A DNA stretch of 11,646 nucleotides from Amoebidium appalachense (GCA_963693365.1 CAVNZM010000084.1:1-11646), one strand, 5' to 3'. Counted from the stretch's first letter, positions 1-10,506 are shown. The notes: generated by a model from the letters alone, not told the origin. Numbers and translations are program-made.

Positions 1-78
1 TCCCCCGCAACTTCAGTATTTCCAAGCCCATCTCCCCCCGCAACTCCGTATTTCCAAGTCCATCTCCCCCCGCAACTC
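1..78. repeat. 32-bp minisatellite, about 2.4 copies visible, possibly cut by the window edge
   Basis: Units tcccccgcaacttcagtatttccaagcccatc (1-32), tccccccgcaactccgtatttccaagtccatc (33-64) and partial tccccccgcaactc (65-78), head to tail with no spacers. Confidence 0.9.
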
Positions 79-107
79 AAAGATGTCAGGTCATGCTTGG
101 CCTTCAC

Positions 108-209
108 CCTGCACACAACCGACGTGCCTGTCGCCACTGCAAAGAAAAGGGCCGCCCAGCGAAAAACAAAAGGGAGTTCTTTTTCCAAAGTACCTGCCAC
201 ACCGGCCAT
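108..209 (-). CDS. Candidate first coding exon of an unidentified divergent gene (MAGVAGTLEKELPFVFRWAALFFAVATGTSVVCR)
   Basis: Minus-strand ATG at 209-207 in strong context (aacATGG). The frame has no stop before the window edge, so it is absent from the ORF track. It encodes a hydrophobic stretch and has a candidate donor AGG|gtgaag at 108/107. No family recognised. Confidence 0.35.
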
Positions 210-649
210 GTTGTCCGACTTGAAACGCGCAGGTATACCTATGCCGTTAACGGACTGCCCAAGGCCACTTACAAAATGTTGTGCTGTTCAGGGAGGCTGT
301 TCCCAACGAAGGCCTTGCCTGAGGTCCCACTTCCAAGGTCTTGGCGCCGGCCTCAGCCTGGCCGGCTCTGGCCCGGACTGGCCGGCCGGCTGCGCATGCG
401 GCTCTCAGCGGCTGGCAGTCGACGGACGCGCACCGAAGATAAATAAATAAATAGCCTTAATTAGCTAACAAGCATGAGTCGGCTAGCTATATTAGGAAGG
501 TGTTTTTGTGAAGTGGTGGTGTGGCCGGCGCCGCGTTCTGGATCCTGATGTTTTCATGAGCTGAACTCATGTGGCTGCAGCTGCACTCGAGCTCTGTGGC
601 GGTAGTCAGTAGGCCTGTACACAGCTGTGTGCTTGCAAGGTGGGCAAAG
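210..649. promoter_or_regulatory. Putative promoter/5' UTR region of MMAB, possibly bidirectional
   Basis: Lies directly upstream of the MMAB ATG. It has a GC/CpG-dense patch (about 340-435) followed by an AT-rich ataaataaataaata tract (439-453), and lacks the homopolymer tracts that fill the introns. The call is positional inference. Confidence 0.45.
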
Positions 650-830
650 ATGAGTCTCCTGACAGCAACACGCTGTGTACTGCGCCCAACAGCCACCGTA
701 GCAGCAAGGGCACTGCTGCAGGCGCAGAGAATAGGCCAAACAGATAGGGTAGGGGGGCTGGCCAGGCGGTGGTATAGCAGTGGGGAGGATGATAAGAGGT
801 TTAAGGTCTACACACGCACTGGCGATAAGG
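650..830 (+). CDS. MMAB: MMAB exon 1: mitochondrial presequence plus N-terminal ATP-binding motif of cob(I)alamin adenosyltransferase
   Basis: Translates MSLLTATRCVLRPTATVAARALLQAQRIGQTDRVGGLARRWYSSGEDDKRFKVYTRTGDKG. KVYTRTGDKG matches the PduO/MMAB K-I-Y-T-x-T-G-D-x-G motif. ATG at 650 has A at -3. The leader is Arg-rich and acid-poor with an RRWY|SS cleavage-like motif. Phase-1 donor AAGG|gtatat at 830/831. An upstream in-frame ATG at 569 is a weaker alternative start. Confidence 0.93.
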
Positions 831-1802
831 GTATATCTCCCCCCTCCCCTCCCCCCTCCCCTCCTCCTCACTCCTGAAACCTCACCCTCCACCTCTCTCT
901 CGCTTCCCGCGGATTCTTCTCCCCTGAAACCCTCCCACGTTGAGCTCATCGCTATTTTGTGTTGCGTGTATGCGTGCATAATTCTTGCATGTACCTACTT
1001 TTGTGGGGCCCTTTTACTTTAGTGTTATGTGGGTGGGCAATAGCGGCTCTGTGTTTCGAACGGATACCTAGGCACATATGCACACACAGGCACACTGGCA
1101 CATAACATGTTTACCGACACCAACCACAAACACATATATAAGTCCTTCGTGCATACGTGGACAAAGGAGTATGCTATGGTGTGAGTACGTGTGGCTGTGC
1201 AAGGTTGATTGCTTGCGTTTTGTGTGCCTTTTCGCGCATATATTGTCTTATTGGTTTCATGTGTGTGTGCATGCCAGCTGGTATTGTTTATGCGAGCCAT
1301 AGTCCTGGGAAGCATGCTCAACGCCCTTCAACGTTAGATCTCGAAGCTGTTTTTACGCACAAAGACCCTTCTCCCCCCCCCCCCCCCCCCCCCCCCCCCC
1401 ACAGCCATCCCCTTTCCCTCGGGCTGCCGTACTTGTTCTCCGTATCCAACCTTCCCACCTCCTCTTTTTCGTTTTCTTGTATCAAAACTGCCGGCTCCTC
1501 TCACACTTTCTTCTCTGTCGTTTTATTACGATGGGGCGCCTACTATCGTTCCCTTCCCCTTCTTCGATTTGCACCCTTCATGTCCTGCATCTTCTACTTA
1601 TCCCTGTTGGATTTTCTCTTTTTCCTATCCAAATACCCGCACGGAAGCACGCCTTAAGCACCCCCCGGCCCTCTTCCCCCCCTGTGTCCCCTCCTGCACC
1701 GTTGCCCTTGTAGTCTTCTTTTCTCCATGTTCCACGCGCGCGCGCGCGTGCACACACACACACGCGCGCGCGCGCACACGCACACATGCAGCCCCCCTTC
1801 CT

Positions 1803-1833
<31 letters not shown>

Positions 1834-2026
1834 TCCCCCTCTCTCCCCCCCCCCTCCCCCCAGCCTTTCCGTTGCCCGCCCTCCCTCTTCTTTCCCATAG
1901 AACACACAAACACACAGCTCAGCTCATCCGTATGTGCATAAAGCGCTGGAGCTCTGGACTGTAATATTACAATCAAGGGGTTTATAAGCATGTAGTATCA
2001 GCCGTTGTTTTTTTTTTTTCATTCAT

Positions 2027-2057
<31 letters not shown>

Positions 2058-2403
2058 CCCCCGGGGTCTCAGTCGTCAGTGTCAGAACCCAAAGTTAGAG
2101 AATAGAAGATCTTGTAGCCCACACATTTACAGGTTAGCCTTGGTCTGCCGCCCCATTTTGAGAGTAGGCTTTACTTTTGGCACACTCCTTCCCCCTCCCC
2201 CCTCCCCCCCCCTCCCGCCCCCCCCCCCCCCTCCCCCTTTCCCCCCAACCCTTCATATCCACATTACATCATCTGTTATGGATTTGTACTTCCTACCATG
2301 TACCACATTCCAACCCCCCCCCCCCGCTCTCCCCCCTTCTCCCTTCCCCTTCTCCGTCTGGCTCCCACCCCACACCCATTTGCACAAACACATACACATA
2401 CAG
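831..2403 (+). other. MMAB intron 1 (1573 nt, phase 1, GT-AG)
   Basis: gtatat...cacatacacatacag. Splicing gives AAG G|GC ACA TCC AGC CTG TTC = KGTSSLF, restoring the conserved GDKG-x-S-x-L-F-T-G-E-R motif. Confidence 0.92.
1733..1790. repeat. 58-bp uninterrupted alternating purine-pyrimidine tract containing (CG)7, (CA)n and (CG)6
   Basis: cacgcgcgcgcgcgcgtgcacacacacacacgcgcgcgcgcgcacacgcacacatgca, read directly. Confidence 0.9.
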
Positions 2404-2573
2404 GCACATCCAGCCTGTTCACAGGTGAGCGGCGGGCCAAGGATGACGAGCTATTCCACTGCCTGGGGGGCTGTGACGAGGTCAGTTCGTTTGTTGGGTT
2501 GGCCCGTGAGTTCTGTGTGGAGTCAGCCAATGGCCTTGCTGACCAGCTGGAGGAGGTCCAGTGCCTGCTGCAG
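2404..2573 (+). CDS. MMAB: MMAB exon 2
   Basis: (G)TSSLFTGERRAKDDELFHCLGGCDEVSSFVGLAREFCVESANGLADQLEEVQCLLQ aligns by eye with human MMAB [31 protein letters not shown]...IQCTLQ (recalled sequence). Acceptor cag at 2401-2403; phase-0 donor CAG|gtcggt. Confidence 0.96.
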
Positions 2574-2630
2574 GTCGGTGAAAGGGATTATTAAACCCCT
2601 CGGGTAATGTGGATGTCGTGGGCCCCCCCT

Positions 2631-2906
2631 GAGGATGGGCTCTGCTTATTATGCATACTCTTTATGTATGGCTTGCATCCTGCATCGTGTTATCCGTTTG
2701 TTCTTGTGTACTTCGTACTTTTTGACGCATTCAACCCCCCCCCCCCCCCCCCCCTCCCCACCCCCCCCCCCCCCCCCCCCCACCCCCCCCCCTCCCCCCC
2801 CCGAAGATGGGCTCTGCTTGTTATTCATACTCTTCATGTATGGTTTGCACTCTGCATCGTGTTATCCGTTGTTTATGTGTACTCCGTACTTTATGACCCA
2901 TTCAAA
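2631..2906 (+). repeat. Tandem duplication of a ~104-bp unit separated by a C-rich tract (period 172 bp)
   Basis: gaggatgggctctgcttattatgcatactc...tgacgcattcaa (2631-2734) and gaagatgggctctgcttgttattcatactc...tgacccattcaaa (2803-2906) align along their length with scattered substitutions. Confidence 0.93.
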
Positions 2907-2972
2907 CCCCCCCCTCCCTCCTCCTTCCCTTCCCCCACCCCCCCACACCCAAGCACACCCACACCCACACAC

Positions 2973-3019
2973 ATAGAGATCAGCGCGGTTTGCGCAAACA
3001 CGATTTCTGCCGCTAAGCA
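2973..3019 (+). repeat. Left terminal inverted repeat
   Basis: Blocks atagagatcagcg (2973-2985), ttgcgcaaacac and tctgccgctaagca (3006-3019) all recur inverted at 6016-6073. Confidence 0.9.
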
Positions 3020-3213
3020 TATCAGTGCAATTTCGTGGTTTCGACGGCGGCAGAAAAACATAATACTTAGAGTTGGTGGTGCGGCTGTGTGAAAAGTGGA
3101 CACTTAGTATTTAACAACAAATAAACACGTACACGCGTCCTATGTTATGTGTTTTACACCTCCTATGCGTTTTGTACGCATCTGTATAGTAATCGTGGTA
3201 GATAGTTTTCAAG

Positions 3214-3590
3214 ATGCCTGCCTGTGTAGCTGAGTGGTGTGGAAACCCCAAGGAAAAAGATCCACACGTTCCATGGTTTCATAGGCTCATCTAGAAATGA
3301 AGAGACAATATTGCGATTGAAGAGTGTAAACTAACTTGAGCGTTTGGCTGCGTTTGGGTAAACTAAAAAGTAGATAGACGAAGAAAGGCACACTCTGGAT
3401 TACCTCAGAGATCCACGCTCACATCCTGCCCCACCTCCACGGGCACCCACTCCAAAAAAGTAAGAAGAAGGGATCCGGAAAGGAACACAACTCTAAAAAA
3501 CGCGAAAGTAACGCAGGGCGCATGAATTCATCTCTATGGCGCCTTAGGAAACTTTCCTTATGCTCAACCACTTTCATCTAGAACACATCG
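3214..3590 (+). pseudogene. Decayed THAP (C2CH zinc finger) domain
   Basis: ATG 3214 (aagATG) gives MPACVAEWCGNPKEKDPHVPWFHR (M-x2-C-x4-C-x-N...FHR), then TAG at 3292. LSVWLRL (W at 3345) follows in another frame. TTA TGC TCA AC CAC TTT at 3558-3574 reads LCS-x-HF with a 1-nt deletion. These THAP signature motifs are in the expected order. Confidence 0.75.
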
Positions 3591-3879
3591 GAAAGATGGC
3601 AAGCTTTAGCAGATCGTCTGCCCTTGGAACGTGCCAAAGAGCCCGTTCTTGCACACCCTTCGCGGGTTCGCCTGTGTAATAAAAATTAAGGCGGACGCTC
3701 ATACGGAAATACGAGAATCGCTTAGTGAGCGGGGTGATCACGAGATGATGAGGAAGGGGTTAAAGAGAAAGACCTACTGGTGAAAAAGCGACGCAACATG
3801 CAAGTTGCGAACGAGCTGCCTAGGGTGATGCGGAAGATGAGTCTTTGAAAGCCGAAAACAAAAGAACAAGAAGTTGGAA

Positions 3880-4960
<1,081 letters not shown>

Positions 4961-5359
4961 AAATGCCCGGGAAAGGAAGGAGACCTCTTCAGTATCATAT
5001 GTTGGCGCTGATTGAAAATGATGCCACAGTTGGTCACATTCATTTATAGACTATTATTGTTTAGGTAACACAGCATTCATTCTACATTTCGTTATTAGTG
5101 ACAGTCTATAATAATCCACTAAGTAGTAACTTCCCAACCGTAACACAACCCTACAACTCAGGTTGAAGATGGCCCCTCCTGTTTTGAGATCCCTTGGAAT
5201 CGCCCCATATTTCGTTTTGAGCTCAGCTCCCGCGTCCGTACTCAAAGTATGCTTGGAGAGCTTTGTGATCAGTTCAAACGTTTTTTCACCGGCCTAAAGT
5301 TGTGTGCGCAAACTCTCTCTTTTCTCTATTTAGCTTCAATAAAGGCAGCTTTGGGTTAT

Positions 5360-5411
<52 letters not shown>

Positions 5412-5494
5412 CCCCCCTCATCTCTCTCACCCAATCCTCCCACCCCCTTTCTCACCTTCCTCCTGTATATGTACAGCTTGTGTGGTCCTGAGCC

Positions 5495-5916
5495 TTAGCA
5501 ACACTTTGCCACAGGCATTGACTGGAACTTTTTCATGGGCACCCCACCAACACGCAGCCAAACACATGCAAAAGAAGTTTTTAGGTCCACGATGGTAGAA
5601 AGATCTTTGGCAAACCAGCCACCTGTTTGCGTCCTACTGCTGTTTTCACCTTGCCACTGCATGAAAGCCTGATGCAGAAAGCACATGACATCCATAGCCA
5701 CTATCTTCTCACTTATATCTGTACGTTCTGTTTGCTCCAAACCCAGTCGACAAAAGGTGTATTGCCGATGATGAATTGTTTCGACTAGATCTTATCTATC
5801 TCATGAACTACCTCACTAACTATGTCCCTTTGGTAGCAACTGTTGAACGCATAGAAAACATATAAAAGTGTCTCAGGGTCCCCATCCGAGTATGTGTTCG
5901 CTTTGTGCTGTTCTGG
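5495..5916 (-). pseudogene. Decayed ORF resembling the C-terminal (post-helicase, winged-helix) region of D5/P4-type primase-helicases
   Basis: PEQHKANTYSDGDPETLLYVFYAFNSCYQRDIVSEVVHEIDKI*SKQFIIGNTPFVDW(V), then a 1-nt frameshift at about 5741, then LEQTERTDISEKIVAMDVMCFLHQAFMQWQGENSSRTQTGGWFAKDLSTIV. The pattern resembles N-D-P-hydrophobic-xx-F/W-hydrophobic-x-E...L-Y-xx-F-xx-W-xx-E-N...F-x-K-x-L. Recognised by eye only. Confidence 0.4.
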
Positions 5917-6015
5917 TTACTACGGGCTCTTACTAGTGACCTAGTACATAACAAACGCAAAACCTTTTTTTCGCTCGCACTTCTGCCTGGGAGAAACAGA
6001 CTTCAAGCGGAAAAC

Positions 6016-6073
6016 TGCTTAGCGGCAGATATCGGGACCAATCGAGTGTTTGCGCAATCACGCTGATCTCTAT
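6016..6073 (-). repeat. Right terminal inverted repeat
   Basis: Reverse complement reads atagagatcagcgtgattgcgcaaacactcgattggtcccgatatctgccgctaagca, matching 2973-3019 apart from a 12-nt insertion and a few small differences. Confidence 0.9.
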
Positions 6074-6083
6074 ACACACATGC

Positions 6084-6137
<54 letters not shown>

Positions 6138-6172
6138 ACCACCACCAAAAAAAAAAAAAAAAAAAAAACTCG

Positions 6173-6260
6173 GAGGATGGGCTGTGCATCTATGTTGCTT
6201 GTTTGTGTGTGTTCAAATTTGCATTCTGCGCTGTGTTGTTTAACTTGGGTTTGTACTTCC
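6173..6260 (+). repeat. Diverged third copy of the 2631/2803 repeat unit
   Basis: gaggatgggctgtgc...tttgcattctgc...gtgttg...tgtacttc keeps the anchors of the two upstream copies in order. It is preceded by an A22 run (6147-6168) and poly-C. Confidence 0.6.
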
Positions 6261-6526
6261 CCCTCCCCTCCTCCCCCCCTCCCCCCCCCCCCCCCCCCCC
6301 CCCCCCCAACGCCACACCCTCACACACACCTTTCTCCCTTTGCGCTCTTTTTCCTTTTCCGTCAACCCCCCCCCCCCCCCCCGTGTTTGGTTTTTATGGG
6401 GCCTTGAATCTTGAGATATTGACACTATGACCTCACCTCCTTCCCTGCTCTATCGCTCCTTTCCTGTCGGTCCGTTCACCCCTTTTCATCCCTGCCCCCT
6501 CCCCTCCCTCCCCCCCTCTCCCCCCT

Positions 6527-6557
<31 letters not shown>

Positions 6558-6685
6558 TCCCTCTGATTTGGGCCCACCCTGAGTATGGGCACTACTGATG
6601 ATGCCTACCTTCTGTGTGTGTTCTTGTGTGCAAAGCCTGCATGGTGCTGTCCGTCGTAAATGTGTACCTTGTGATCCGCAAAGAA

Positions 6686-6717
<32 letters not shown>

Positions 6718-7053
6718 TTCCGGACTCCCCATCCCTCCACTAAGGTCGGATGATTCGGTGCCTGAGATTCATGGTGTTGTGTATCCTCCATCCCCTCCCC
6801 CCTCCCCCTCCCCCAACACACACACACACAAACACACACACACACCTCCTTCCCCCCCAAAAAAAACAAAACAAAAAGGCAACAAACAACCAACAACAAG
6901 AAATCAACCAAACCCCCGTCCACCACACACCCCTTCACACATGCACTAACACATGCATGCGCATCCACACACACACTGCCCACCAAGCTACCAACCTCGA
7001 CAGTCCACAATTGAACGTTAAAACTCACCCACAGCACTGTAAAACTTGGACAG

Positions 7054-7101
<48 letters not shown>

Positions 7102-7312
7102 CTTCCCCCCCCCTTCTCCCCTTTCTCACACACACAAACACAAAAAAAGAAAAAAGAAAAGAAAGAAAGAAAATAAAATACTTCTACCACCAATACCACC
7201 ACCGCCAACACCATCCCACCACAACCACCAAAAAGGTAGTCAGACAGGAAAAGAATAACCACCAACTTCATCGTCAAAGCAACACTGACCAAACCCCCAT
7301 TTATGCATACAG

Positions 7313-7515
7313 GAAGTAGCCAGTGTCGTGGCGACGCCGCGCACCAGCGCAACTGAAGCACGAATTAAATACACAAAATTCGACAGCGATTATGCGGCTG
7401 CAATGGAGCGATGGATTGATAAAATGGATGAGGAATTGCCCCCCCTTACTCAGTTTATTTTGCCGTCGGGAGGAAAGAGTGCCGCTAGTTTGCACGTGGC
7501 GAGAACTGCTTGCAG
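7313..7515 (+). CDS. MMAB: MMAB exon 3
   Basis: EVASVVATPRTSATEARIKYTKFDSDYAAAMERWIDKMDEELPPLTQFILPSGGKSAASLHVARTAC(R) contains the family motifs E-x-W-I-D, LPPL-x-x-FILP-x-G and LH-x-x-R-x-x-C-R. Acceptor tacag at 7308-7312; phase-2 donor AG|gtgggt. Confidence 0.97.
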
Positions 7516-7813
7516 GTGGGTTGACCAATGGGATTGTCGAAGGATTAGCCTTTCTTGGAATGCTGTGTGGGCGGTTATGGAAAGATGTGTTGACGGAAGA
7601 GGCTTGGCTCGTGAATGAGAGAGCTTTCTTAATTAGGGTGGAAACGGAAGAGAAAAGAAAATATTATTGGTTTTGAAGGCAGGTTTATGGGTTTACTTTT
7701 GCTTTTGTTTCTGAAAGCAAAACATCAATGATTGCTTCAGTATTTGCAGACAACTTTTTTTTGACAGGATGGGTGAGCGATGGTGGTGGTGGTGGTGTGT
7801 GTGTGTTTGGTGG

Positions 7814-7853
<40 letters not shown>

Positions 7854-8066
7854 TTTGAATATCATACAGTACGAAGAAGACAATCCGTCCCCCTCCCTTC
7901 CTCCAATCCCCTCCCGGGAACACAACCGCCTCTACTTTGAGGTAGAATGTGCCGACCTCCTATTGCTTTAAGTGTATGGGGTTTTATATTAGTTTAGATT
8001 TGTACGTCTGTATGTGTTTGGAGTGGAAGGGGAAGAGGGGGGGGGGGGGGGAGGAAGGGAGAGGAT

Positions 8067-8106
<40 letters not shown>

Positions 8107-8340
8107 AATGTATCTGGAGTGTGCTTGGCACCATATTGCCATGAAAATGTGCATCTATACCGCAAGCCTGCCCAGTTTCGTGCGAGTAGCATGCTTTGTC
8201 TGTCGGATTTGTTACTGTTTTACCTGTCACGTACTCACCAACACACTGATCTCTCTGTCCTTTCTTGTCCATTCCAGCCTTCCCTTCCAACCTTCCCGTC
8301 TCTCCCTCTGCGTTCTTTCCTTCCCCATCCCTCTCCCTCT

Positions 8341-8374
<34 letters not shown>

Positions 8375-8477
8375 TTCCCCCCCCCCCCACTCTCTGTCTC
8401 ATACCCCCCCTTCCCCCATCTCTCTCTCTGTCTCCTCTACCCCCACTTTTCCTGCTCTTCTTCCCTTTGAAAGCGCG

Positions 8478-8512
<35 letters not shown>

Positions 8513-8521
8513 GGAGAGCAG
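7516..8521 (+). other. MMAB intron 3 (1006 nt, phase 2, GT-AG)
   Basis: gtgggt...(ca)n cggggagagcag. The join TGC AG|G AGG CTG GAG CGA = CRRLER restores the RRxER motif spacing. Confidence 0.88.
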
Positions 8522-8699
8522 GAGGCTGGAGCGACAACTTGTACCCTTAGTTCGTCGGGGTGATGTGGAGGAGGAAGTGGGCAAGTTTGTTAACCGACTG
8601 AGCGATTTTCTGTTTACGGCCGCACGGTATGCATCCATGAAGGAGGGCAAGCCGGAAACGTGCTACAAAGCAAGCCGTGGCAAGACTCTTACTAGGTGA
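8522..8699 (+). CDS. MMAB: MMAB exon 4 (terminal coding exon)
   Basis: (R)[71 protein letters not shown] is the PduO/MMAB hallmark; TGA at 8697-8699. Spliced CDS is 732 nt = 243 aa plus stop. Confidence 0.96.
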
Positions 8700-8886
8700 C
8701 ACCAATGGCCTTTGATTGTGCCTATATTGTTTATGTATCCAAACGAGCCTACACCTATATGCACACACACACCACCACCACTACCACCGTTTTTATAGCC
8801 GGTCTTCTCTCTCAAGTTTCTGTGTGTTTCCCCCTCTGTAGCTTTCTTACGACTAAATCTTATAAACATGGGCCGCAGATACCCAA

Positions 8887-8891
<5 letters not shown>

Positions 8892-8943
<52 letters not shown>
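8892..8943. repeat. (CA)n microsatellite in a CA-rich region downstream of the MMAB stop
   Basis: Perfect ca repeat read directly; degenerate CA-rich sequence continues to about 9317. Confidence 0.95.
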
Positions 8944-8950
<7 letters not shown>

Positions 8951-10186
8951 GCACTGGCCCTCGCGCACCCGTGCATACACACACATGGGGAGCACATTCA
9001 AACCCTTGTTTGCGCAAACATGCACGCGCATGCGCCCACACACAACACACATACCACTAACCCTCATACCACTCACACATAAAAAGGTATACTTGCCCAC
9101 ACGGGTGCCCGTGCAGGAACACACACACTTCACACACAGGTACGCGCTGTTGCACGTACGCACACACACACGAACACAAGCCCCGTGCACTTTGTAACAC
9201 ATCCACTCGCACGTCGTGACATACGCAAACACACGCACATATTTGACACAGAGACAGAGACCCACACAAAACACACAGCACAATTCCATTCGGCTACCCA
9301 CACACACACGCACACACTGACGGAGAAGTTGCGGATCAGTAGGCTTGGTTTGACGTATACATCAAAGGGACCTCACAGGAAGATCTAATGGTGTGTGATA
9401 TGAATCGAAGTCCTTTTAGGCTAAAAAATGCAGAGGGATCATGGTGGTGGTTGCGGCTGTTTGTTATCTGGGGACCATGGATTATTATTGCACCGTTCTG
9501 AACACCTACGAGTTATGTAGACAACATTAGGTGATGGTGTAGTGTAGAGACAGCCTGGGCTGCTTTGTTTTCTTTGGCACACGAGTGTCGAGTGTAGTAT
9601 AGACATGGGAACACCTGTATACTTGCTTCCCCAAGCCCTCTCCTACATCTGTCGATGGTCCTGCATAACACTAGTGGCCCAACTACGTACTGTAGTAGCG
9701 GAACTTAACGAATGCCAACTTGAATTAAGTTGAGATGCCAAAGGTTTCTGAGTCAACAGTTCTAGATGACACATGTATGTTGGACATGTAATCGAGTTTC
9801 CCACCCACCAACCCTGACTCCCTCCGGGCCCAGTTTTTCTTACTCTCTCTCTCTCTTCCTCCGGGACCCTCTCTGAACCAATCACAGGCACGGTTTAAGT
9901 CCTGGACAGCTGCCACTAAAGTTTGAGTTCAGCCACACCTCTCCTTCAGTTGTGTTCTCTTGTGCCTCGAGTAAACAGCGTAACCCTGCAACCCCACATC
10001 TGCGTACATGCGCATGCAGATAAAATGTCATGGAAACATTGAGCAGATACATGTCCAGCACCAATATTTGTACACCTGAGCACACATACAGGCACGTGTG
10101 TGGTGTACGTATGGGTGTGAAGTGTGTGGGGTCAATGTAACCTAACTGCCGTAACAGTTAGTAAGGTTAGAAGGCATGTTCATGTA

Positions 10187-10311
10187 TGTGTGCACGTGTG
10201 TATGTGTGTGTGTTTGTGTGTGTACACATACATGTGTGTGTGTATTTGTGTGCACGTGTGTATGTGTGTGTGCTTGTGTGTGTACACATACATGTGTGTG
10301 TGTGTTTGTGT
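10187..10311. repeat. 60-bp-period tandem duplication built from degenerate (TG)n
   Basis: tgtgtgcacgtgtgtatgtgtgtgtg(t/c)ttgtgtgtgtacacatacatgtgtgtgtgt(a/g)tt repeats with an exact 60-nt offset. Confidence 0.85.
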
Positions 10312-10459
10312 ACATGTGCACGCCGAGTTCGCGCACGTGTGAATACATGTGTAAGTATGAGGGCCCGGGATTTTTGATTTTGAAACGGGGGAGGGGGGGT
10401 ACAGCAGTAGTAGTAACTTTTTTTTAGAGTTGGGGGGAGAGCCATTCACCCTTCCGGGG

Positions 10460-10506
<47 letters not shown>

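Noticed and set aside
1-78. CRISPR-like 32-bp repeats
   Set aside because: Units are directly adjacent with no unique spacers, the context is eukaryotic and no cas genes are present.
391-400. NRF1-like motif tgcgcatgcg upstream of a mitochondrial gene
   Set aside because: Incomplete match, similar strings occur elsewhere in the window (for example near 9026), and the host is unknown.
93-450. Plus-strand ORFs 93..446 and 97..450 (117 aa each)
   Set aside because: No recognisable domain. They overlap each other and span the GC-rich promoter-like region, where chance ORFs are expected.
569-649. Upstream in-frame ATG adding 27 aa to MMAB
   Set aside because: Weaker context (C at -3). ATG 650 already gives a typical presequence and a typical length. 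Not formally excluded.
5495-5740. XPG/Exo1 N-terminal nuclease reading of KIVAMDVMCFLHQ
   Set aside because: It resembles VAVDxxCWLH, but there is no upstream MGI-x-GL motif and no VFDG motif. The D5-like reading explains more of the flanking sequence, though both are unverified.
8694-8702. Possible donor AG|gtgac overlapping the stop codon, implying a fifth exon
   Set aside because: The protein is already full length relative to human MMAB, and no downstream coding exon is recognisable.
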